From a virus (Duplodnaviria > Caudoviricetes), in the IMG/VR virus record IMGVR_UViG_3300033067_000852, positions 1-40,174 of that record: 40,174 bases of DNA; one strand, written 5' to 3'. Shown here piece after piece: positions 1 to 6,402 of this stretch. Both the position numbers and the translations under genes were made by a program. Every line of letters begins with the position of its first letter. Positions within the stretch are counted from its first letter, which is position 1. The notes beneath the pieces were generated by a model that saw only the letters and a list, made by a program, of their open reading frames with translations, had not been told where the DNA came from and ran no database searches.

Positions 1-1
1 T

Positions 2-370
2 GTCTCCTTTCGCTGGCGGGGTGAGGGCGGCGGAGCGAACGCCCCACACGTCCACATCTAGAACCTTCTTGTGCATGGCGCGAAGTTCGCAATAGGCCGC
101 GTTCTGCTTTTCCGGCTCGCGGCACATGCAGTAGTCGTACTTTTTGACGGCGTCCCATACCTCGCGGTGGGCCTTCAACGCCTCTTCCAGTTGCCTCACC
201 CTCTCAGCCTGCGCTGCGAGGGCGTGGTGGTGGGCGTAGTTCGCGGCGTCGGCAAACATGTTGACGCCAGAAACCTCGGAGTCTGAATAAACAACTACTC
301 CACCACCGTCTATCACCGTGTAGTACCCGCGTTCGTATCCAGTCCTGTACGGCCCCTTCGCTTCGCTCAT
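2..370 (-). CDS. Hypothetical phage protein, 3'-truncated at the window edge (MSEAKGPYRTGYERG...)
   Basis: Manual translation; the ATG overlaps the upstream stop (ATGA at 367-370) and the frame is open to the window edge. Not in the ORF track. Confidence 0.7.
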   Translation of the reverse strand, partial: MSEAKGPYRTGYERGYYTVIDGGGVVVYSDSEVSGVNMFADAANYAHHHALAAQAERVRQLEEALKAHREVWDAVKKYDYCMCREPEKQNAAYCELRAMHKKVLDVDVWGVRSAALTPPAKGD

Positions 371-675
371 GTTGTCCCCCTTGCTTTCGCGAGGGCGGTC
401 TTGATTTGCGCGACCGTATTTGGTGCGTCGTCGGTCAGTGTGATGATGTTGAGGGCTTGTTCACACGCCGCAAGGAGGTCGGCGTGCGAGTTCACGGCGG
501 AGACGATCATGCGAACAAACACCTCTTGCTCGTCCGCGTTCCACCGGCTGTCGGCGTTGAGTGTGTCCACAATGACGCGCTCTTGATCGTCAATCACGAC
601 CCAGTATTTGGGGTCGTGCTGCGGTCCGTCGTATTTGGCGATTGCTCTCCACGGCTTCTGGTGTGTGCTGCTCAC
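367..675 (-). CDS. Hypothetical phage protein (VSSTHQKPWR...NSHADLLAACEQAL...ALAKARG), branch A gene
   Basis: GTG start in a GTGA overlap; the C-terminal LLAAC...ALAKARG is typical of small phage early proteins. Confidence 0.75.
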   Translation of the reverse strand: MSSTHQKPWRAIAKYDGPQHDPKYWVVIDDQERVIVDTLNADSRWNADEQEVFVRMIVSAVNSHADLLAACEQALNIITLTDDAPNTVAQIKTALAKARGTT

Positions 676-746
676 GCCGCACCGCCTTCCGACGGCTCTT
701 CTTCTCTGCATGGCATCAGCAGGCCGTCGATCGCAGGACCAACCTC
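670..746 (+). repeat. 77-bp exact direct repeat, copy 1 (copy 2 at 40098-40174)
   Basis: gctcacgccgcaccgcc...gcaggaccaacctc is identical at both positions; identity stops at 669 (t) vs 40097 (c). Confidence 0.97.
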
Positions 747-1262
747 GAACCGAATCGGCCTCTTCGGGTCGGCGTCGATTCTGCCAAAGAGTTTCCCGCC
801 AGCCGCGAGGATCTTGTGTGCGTACACGACTCCCATTCGAGGAAGTCCGCCCGTTTTCCAATAGGGGTTTGCGAGAACCTCCCCGTCGCCGTCGCACTCT
901 GGGCACTTGTGTTCGTGGCCGTATTCGCACGTCACAAACCGCATCCCCTCGCACTCTTCGCAATCTTTCAGCGTCGGCCCTGGCATCACCGGAACGGCCA
1001 CAGACACCATGCCATACTGGTTGCGATCCCACGGCAAGTCGTCGAGCGGCGGGAACTTGTCCGACGGACACTTCGGGGCTTTCAGAATGTCGTCGTCTGC
1101 ACACTCTGATTTCCAGCGGATCACAACCCGCCCGTCAGTGGCACACACATACTCTCCGTGCCTCCATGGGCTGTTCATGGCATATCGCGTCGTTTCGTGG
1201 TGGCAGAATGAGGAGACAAACGCGAGCGTTCCGGCATCGGTGCTGAGGTCGTAAGTTTTCAC
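672..1262 (-). CDS. Hypothetical protein with a clamp-like ATDG motif and CxxCxGxG zinc-finger motifs
   Basis: TRYAMN...CATDGRV resembles a DnaN-domain segment; CEECEG and CPECDGDG motifs; GTGA overlap at 1259-1262. Confidence 0.7.
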   Translation of the reverse strand: MKTYDLSTDAGTLAFVSSFCHHETTRYAMNSPWRHGEYVCATDGRVVIRWKSECADDDILKAPKCPSDKFPPLDDLPWDRNQYGMVSVAVPVMPGPTLKDCEECEGMRFVTCEYGHEHKCPECDGDGEVLANPYWKTGGLPRMGVVYAHKILAAGGKLFGRIDADPKRPIRFEVGPAIDGLLMPCREEEPSEGGAA

Positions 1263-1275
1263 GCCGCACCGCCTT
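1259..1275 (-). repeat. 17-bp gene-junction repeat AAGGCGGTGCGGCGTGA (also at 672-688)
   Basis: Identical 17-mer that ends two consecutive genes in GGAA-stop and supplies the next GTG start. Confidence 0.85.
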
Positions 1276-1630
1276 TCGAGTTGCGAATGATCGCGGCCCG
1301 CGCCCAATACGCATGGTGCAGAGCCTTCAACAAATCCACCTGCTCCGGCTTCGTGAACGTGTTGAGCAGTGATTGGTTCGCCTCCGCAAGGCGTTCGTTG
1401 TTCGCGCGAAGGTCCGCGTCGTACTTGGCGAGGTGTTCGTCAAGAGACGCCGCGTCCGTGCGGCCGGGCGTCGTCGGCCCCGGCTTCGTGCCGTCGTGAG
1501 GTCTGATTGGTGGAGTCGAGCCAACGAGGTCGAAGTCGAACGGGTCGCCTAGAACGTCCTCGCCGTCGATGTTGGTCGGACCCAGCGGCAGCCCGAGGGC
1601 CGCGTCGTCGTTTGTGTTAGCCGTTCCCAT
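1259..1630 (-). CDS. Hypothetical phage protein (MGTANTNDD...)
   Basis: ORF in a coupled operon with GGAG upstream. Confidence 0.65.
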   Translation of the reverse strand: MGTANTNDDAALGLPLGPTNIDGEDVLGDPFDFDLVGSTPPIRPHDGTKPGPTTPGRTDAASLDEHLAKYDADLRANNERLAEANQSLLNTFTKPEQVDLLKALHHAYWARAAIIRNSKGGAA

Positions 1631-1844
1631 TGTTCTTCTCCGTAAGTTGTGCGAGCGTTGTTTCCACTCCGTCGATCGTCGCTTTATCTTGCCCAGCAGA
1701 ACGCATTTGGCTCTCGATGATCCGCATGAGTTCGCGCCGTCCATGCGCGTTCGCGTACAGCGCTCCGTTCGATGCGTGGGCGCGGAAGTAGGAGCCACGC
1801 CTTGTAACCGTCAGGACAAGGGTGTAGTTTGTGTTGTGGCCCAT
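1617..1844 (-). CDS. Hypothetical phage protein
   Basis: 75-aa ORF, AGGAGG upstream, TAATG overlap. Confidence 0.65.
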   Translation of the reverse strand: MGHNTNYTLVLTVTRRGSYFRAHASNGALYANAHGRRELMRIIESQMRSAGQDKATIDGVETTLAQLTEKNNGNG

Positions 1845-2197
1845 TAGACTTCCTCCTTCGGTTCGATGGTTTGGAGAAGAGCGTGAAGGGCGGCGACGTG
1901 TGGTTTGATGGCTATGGCCACGTCTCTAAAGCACGCGGAAGCGGCAACCTTTCTTTCAGAATCCATGCACCTGCGTTCTGCCTCAGCAAACTTCTGGTCG
2001 TCCAGGCTTTTCGCTGGACCACTTCCTGAAAGTTGCATGATTGCGCCTTCGCAAGAGGCGATGAGTTTTCTGACGGCGTTCTGTATTCCAATCGGATACA
2101 CAAACCCCAAGTCAAGGTGGCTCCCCTTCCCCTCAATCCCCGCGTCCCTCGCAATCGCATCCAAAGCCCGCCGTTCGTTGCCGTCCATATCGCTCAT
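1844..2197 (-). CDS. Hypothetical phage protein (MSDMDGNE...)
   Basis: ORF with GAGG upstream and coupled stop/start downstream. Confidence 0.65.
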   Translation of the reverse strand: MSDMDGNERRALDAIARDAGIEGKGSHLDLGFVYPIGIQNAVRKLIASCEGAIMQLSGSGPAKSLDDQKFAEAERRCMDSERKVAASACFRDVAIAIKPHVAALHALLQTIEPKEEV

Positions 2198-2265
2198 CGT
2201 CGTCCTCTCTGCGGCCAAGCCGCGTGGAATCCGCACCCCTCGCGGTTACGGGAGGGGTGAAGGGG

Positions 2266-2520
2266 TTAGTTCTTCCTGCGTTTCTTGGCGGGCTTCAACT
2301 CAAGAATCACGGGCTGATTTGCGGGTTTACTCGCCTCGATCGCTTGCGCCGCACATTCCTTGCGGGCGTTCCGATCGCCAGCGGCGTAGCCCATCTCCAG
2401 CCACTGCGCGGCGCGAAGGGCTCGATCCGTGTCCGGAAACAAGCACGCGCCGACTTGCGATCCGGTCGGGGTGACAAGAACGAAACCATCGTCCAACTTC
2501 GAGACTGTGTATCGGGACAT
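2266..2520 (-). CDS. Hypothetical phage protein with a basic C-terminus
   Basis: 84-aa ORF with an AAGGAG Shine-Dalgarno. Confidence 0.7.
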   Translation of the reverse strand: MSRYTVSKLDDGFVLVTPTGSQVGACLFPDTDRALRAAQWLEMGYAAGDRNARKECAAQAIEASKPANQPVILELKPAKKRRKN

Positions 2521-2540
2521 CGGGGCTCCTTTGTGTTGTG

Positions 2541-2575
2541 AAAAACCTCCGCGCCCGGGTCAGCAGGCACGGAGG
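2541..2575 (-). terminator. Rho-independent terminator-like hairpin
   Basis: - strand cctccgtgcc-loop-ggcgcggagg followed by TTTTT; a second hairpin lies at 2578-2604. Confidence 0.65.
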
Positions 2576-2612
2576 AAGCCCCACCACCGAGGGCGCGGTG
2601 GGGCGGAGAGAT

Positions 2613-2888
2613 TCATCGGTACTTATCAGCAGTCAAGGCAGCGTGAAGCCTTCCGGTTCCGCTGGCCTCGCCGTACGTCTTGTGGTAGGTAGCAACGGAC
2701 GGGTAGAAGCCGCCCGAGTCGTGACGAACCGCCACGGCACACTGACACCCGACGAACGTATACACGTCAGTCTCTGCGCTCATCGTGCTGCCGTGAGTGT
2801 AAATCTTCCGGAACGATGTTCTGTGGCAAGGGCACTTATGACCCGAGTTCTCAAAATCATGCGTGTCGATTTTGGTGTGCGATTCCAT
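2613..2888 (-). CDS. Hypothetical protein, probable first gene of the early arm
   Basis: 91-aa ORF with an AAGGAG Shine-Dalgarno. Confidence 0.7.
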   Translation of the reverse strand: MESHTKIDTHDFENSGHKCPCHRTSFRKIYTHGSTMSAETDVYTFVGCQCAVAVRHDSGGFYPSVATYHKTYGEASGTGRLHAALTADKYR

Positions 2889-3179
2889 CGTTCATCTCCT
2901 TGCTTCCCCAACTTACCCAGTTGGCGGGTGCGGCACGAGCCGCGAATCCTCATTCGTCACGTTTCGGCGGCGAATGGGTCGGGTGGTTCGTTGCACTTTC
3001 ACATGGTCGTTCTCCAAGGATCCGCATTCAATGCGTTCGGTAGACCCCATCATCTTCCCATACATCATCGGCGGTTGCAAGCCGAAGAGTGAGTGATTTT
3101 GAAAGATTGTTGACAAGTCGTTGTGCAGCAAGTACTTAGGCGAGAGGGCGGGAGGGGTGGATAACTGGGCGAGCGCATG

Positions 3180-3200
3180 AAAAACCCGCCGAAGCGGGTT
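3180..3200 (-). terminator. Rho-independent terminator
   Basis: - strand aacccgc-TTCG-gcgggtt then T-tract (cUUCGg tetraloop), downstream of ORF 3264-3494. Confidence 0.8.
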
Positions 3201-3263
3201 AGTCGTGGTGGTCGTTTCCTCACGGTTGGCCAGTCATGTTCGAGCGGGTGTGTTTTCGCATCG

Positions 3264-3494
3264 TCAGTCCTCGTCGCGCGGGGGTGGGGAACGGTCCAAA
3301 CGCCACTCATCCAGATACGCCCCGAATGCGGTCCACGGGTCGTAGCACTTGTCCACGAAAGTGCTGTGAATCAGGTAGTAGCAGGCGTGCAAGAGCAGGT
3401 CGCGCCATGTGCCGAACGGACCATATGGCGGGCCGAACGCGCCGTAGTCGAACATCGCGTAGTCCCAGCGGGTGAACTTCCACGGCAGTCTCAT
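3264..3494 (-). CDS. Small aromatic-rich (W/Y/F) hypothetical protein, stand-alone unit
   Basis: 76-aa ORF with GAGG upstream and its own terminator. Confidence 0.55.
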   Translation of the reverse strand: MRLPWKFTRWDYAMFDYGAFGPPYGPFGTWRDLLLHACYYLIHSTFVDKCYDPWTAFGAYLDEWRLDRSPPPRDED

Positions 3495-3565
3495 AGGCCC
3501 TCGCTAGCGTTTTGGCTTTATCCTACCGCGCAGAATCATGAAATCCACAAACCCCCCGAGAACCG

Positions 3566-3594
3566 TTGCACGATCCATAGCGCATGGTTATACT
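3566..3594 (+). promoter_or_regulatory. Sigma70-type promoter for the rightward (structural) arm
   Basis: TTGCAC (3566-3571), 17-bp spacer, TATACT (3589-3594). Confidence 0.7.
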
Positions 3595-3620
3595 AGAGCG
3601 TCGATTGATAAGTCCCGCCT

Positions 3621-5318
3621 ATGGATCAGCCCGGGGCGGGGGGTGGGAGTTCCGCGTGGAACGGGGTGCGCATGCCTGTAAGTAGGGACGCCGATGGATG
3701 GTCAGACGTGACGCCCGCGAGTGGCGATCGGATCATCTACGTCTCGAATGCGGGGTCGGACTCGAATGATGGGCTTTCGACGGGCGCGCCCAAGGCGACG
3801 GTTGCGGCTGGCTTCGCCTTGGTCCGCGACGGTACATCCGATCAAGTCCTCTTGCGGCGTGGCGACACCTTCACGGCCAATATCACGATCAACAAGTCCG
3901 GGCGCAACGCTGCGAATCCGGCGATGATCGGGGCGTACGGCACGACCACGAATGCGCGTCCGATAATCAACGGCGGTATCCGCTTGCAGTCCGGGTCTGA
4001 CTGGGTGTTCCAATCGCTCGACCTCCGCGACAACGCGGGCGCGGTGCCGGGTGGCGTGTACCTCCAGAGCAACACGCTCGGCCTACGCGGGGCACGCATC
4101 CTCATCGAGGACTGCATCGCCCGCGACTACTACCAAGCCTTCTGCCTAACTTCGGGCACGGGCATACCGGGCGGCGCGTACTGGAACGACGTAACGATCC
4201 GACGCTGTACGGCCTTGGACTCGGACGGCGGGCACGGGCAGGGGCTGTTCGCGGACGGGTACGGCGGGCAACTCACGGTCGAGGACTTCACGCCGATCAA
4301 CTGTGGCTTCCCCGACGCCCAGTCCCATTGTGTGTACATCGACAAGGCGGTAGCGTCGGCATCGACGCCGATCCTGACTCGCATCCTCTGTTGGCCCAAC
4401 TATCCGACCACGCCGAACGTTTCCACCACATCCGAGGGCATCAAGTCCCGCCAAGGCGCGATCATGTCCGACTGCCACATGGCGTGGTGTTCGATTGGCT
4501 TCGCGATCGGCACGACGGACGGGGACGGTTCCAATGACTTCGTTGCACTGGGCACGGTGCAGGGCAAGATTGACAACTGCATCGTGACGTACGCCTGCGG
4601 GCGCGTCGCAGCGTCTGACTACGGCTATGGCGCGTGGTTGCTGGGCATCGAGGGCACGGGCAACTACCTGCGCAACTGCGGCTTTGTGTCCACGCTCAGC
4701 ACGTCGAACGATCGGGCGTTCCTGTCGCTCATCCGCTGGAACGCGGCTGCTACGGGCGGGCAGATTGACAACCTGTCGATGACGGGCAACGTGTCCTACA
4801 ACGCGGGCAAGTTCGTTGTGGGCGACCTGCCGAGCAACTACAGCAACCTCACGTTCTCGAATAACAAGATTCGGGTTTCGACCTCGTTCTTCCCGCTGTG
4901 CGAGCATTATCAGGACACCAGCACCACGGCCATCTTCACCGAGCGGCAGGGCAACTCGTTCTGGTCCGGTGAACGGCAAACGTCCCGGTGGATCAGCGCG
5001 CCCTCACCCGGCGACACACTGACAGCCTACGGCGCGGTGAACGCTGGCTCTGCGGGCGCGGGGCTGCCCGATCCGGCACGCACGTACACGGGCTACCTCG
5101 CGACCAAGAGTGTGACGGTTGCCAACGAATCTGCGGCGCACGCACACATCCGCACGGCACTCATCGCACAACGCCGGTACGCATGGGACGCCAACTACAC
5201 AGCCACGGCTTTGAACGACTGGTTCCGTGCCGGGCTTGGGATTGACACGTTGGGCGGTGTTGTGACACCAACCGTTACAGCCCCGTCTTACTACCTCGAA
5301 ACGATTGGAGCGCGGTGA
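3621..5318 (+). CDS. Right-handed parallel beta-helix (pectin-lyase-like) protein; candidate depolymerase or virion appendage
   Basis: N-terminal IYVS..GSDSNDGLS..P.AT...VLLRRGDTF motif typical of beta-helix proteins; repeated Asn/Gly-rich strands. The start may be M18 (3672). Confidence 0.75.
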   Translation: MDQPGAGGGSSAWNGVRMPVSRDADGWSDVTPASGDRIIYVSNAGSDSNDGLSTGAPKATVAAGFALVRDGTSDQVLLRRGDTFTANITINKSGRNAANPAMIGAYGTTTNARPIINGGIRLQSGSDWVFQSLDLRDNAGAVPGGVYLQSNTLGLRGARILIEDCIARDYYQAFCLTSGTGIPGGAYWNDVTIRRCTALDSDGGHGQGLFADGYGGQLTVEDFTPINCGFPDAQSHCVYIDKAVASASTPILTRILCWPNYPTTPNVSTTSEGIKSRQGAIMSDCHMAWCSIGFAIGTTDGDGSNDFVALGTVQGKIDNCIVTYACGRVAASDYGYGAWLLGIEGTGNYLRNCGFVSTLSTSNDRAFLSLIRWNAAATGGQIDNLSMTGNVSYNAGKFVVGDLPSNYSNLTFSNNKIRVSTSFFPLCEHYQDTSTTAIFTERQGNSFWSGERQTSRWISAPSPGDTLTAYGAVNAGSAGAGLPDPARTYTGYLATKSVTVANESAAHAHIRTALIAQRRYAWDANYTATALNDWFRAGLGIDTLGGVVTPTVTAPSYYLETIGAR

Positions 5319-6229
5319 TGCTTAGAGAACGCCAGATCAAAGCGGGCACGACGGGCGGGGCAAACACCCGCGTCTACTTCTTCCTCACGGACGCGACGGA
5401 TTACGTCACGCCCGAGACTGGCGAGGCTGGTGGACAACCGCAAATCTCCACGAACGGAGCCGCATGGACAGCAACCGGAATCGGCACACTCACGAGCATT
5501 GGGAATGGGTCGTACTACGCGGACCTGACTACTGGTGCGGTTGCTACGGCTGGGCAAATCATCCTGACACGATACAAGTCCTCCAACACTTCGGAAGCAC
5601 GCGGTACCAGCGTCATAACCACGGTGTACGCCCCATCCAGCGAGACGCAAACCGTGTCCTTGGCCACATCCGCCATCGGATCGGCACAGGTCGTAGACGG
5701 CGCACTGACGGCGGCTAAGTTCGGTGCGGGTGCGATCACTTCGACGGTGTTGGCTGATGGTGCTGTGACTGCCGCGAAGTTGGCATCAAACACGGTCACG
5801 GCTGCGAAGATTGCAGACGACGCGCTGACTGCCGCGAAGTTGGCAACAGGGGCCCTGTCCGCCGATGCCGTTGCGTCGAACGCCTTTGTCGCCGCCTCCT
5901 TCGCCGCCGACCTCAACGCCTACACGGTGGTTGCGCGGCTTGTGCAGACTGGGGCATCTGCGCAGAAGATCAACGTTTTCATCTACGCAAACGGCGCGTC
6001 GATCGGGCACGACATATTCGCTACCGAGCCATCCCTCGTGGTCACAACCACGGCGGGCGCAACCAAGTTCGACGACACGCTGACCGAGTTCGGTTCCTAC
6101 GGCTACTACGCCCCGCTGTCTGGTGCGTCCCTGCTCGCATCGGGCGACTCTGCCGAAGCGGTCGTTACGTTCGTCATCGGCGTCAACACATACACGCGGG
6201 CGGTCCCAGTGGAGAAGCAGTACGCATGA
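5315..6229 (+). CDS. Putative virion fibre/adaptor protein with decapeptide (A/T)VTAAKLA-type repeats
   Basis: Eight 10-aa repeats at about 5672-5911; GTGA overlap with the upstream gene. Confidence 0.7.
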   Translation: MMLRERQIKAGTTGGANTRVYFFLTDATDYVTPETGEAGGQPQISTNGAAWTATGIGTLTSIGNGSYYADLTTGAVATAGQIILTRYKSSNTSEARGTSVITTVYAPSSETQTVSLATSAIGSAQVVDGALTAAKFGAGAITSTVLADGAVTAAKLASNTVTAAKIADDALTAAKLATGALSADAVASNAFVAASFAADLNAYTVVARLVQTGASAQKINVFIYANGASIGHDIFATEPSLVVTTTAGATKFDDTLTEFGSYGYYAPLSGASLLASGDSAEAVVTFVIGVNTYTRAVPVEKQYA

Positions 6230-6402
6230 AACAAGAGAAAAAAGATACTGCGTTTTTTATGCTCATTTGCCTGCTTGTGTTGGCGGCATATGTGGTTCTT
6301 GTTTTGGCATCGCCTCGCAACGCAACGGCCCCTAGCGGCGGTCAAGTCATCTTCCTTCCAACTGGACCGAACGGGCAAATGTCCTTCTGGGTGTTTCCAT
6401 GA
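6226..6402 (+). CDS. Small membrane protein, 58 aa (MKQEKKDTAFFMLICLLVLAAYVVLVLASP...)
   Basis: Manual translation; ATGA overlaps at both ends; one hydrophobic helix. Below the ORF-track cutoff. Confidence 0.7.
   Translation: MKQEKKDTAFFMLICLLVLAAYVVLVLASPRNATAPSGGQVIFLPTGPNGQMSFWVFP

Noticed and set aside
2975-3003. GAAAGTGCAAC resembling RNase P RNA, and GAAAC resembling a hammerhead core
   Set aside because: Other conserved elements (GAGGAAAGUCC; CUGAnGA) are missing.
3110-3138. Perfect TTGACA as a rightward promoter
   Set aside because: The -10 at 17 bp is TACTTA (poor) and no convincing + strand gene follows; an antisense role cannot be excluded.
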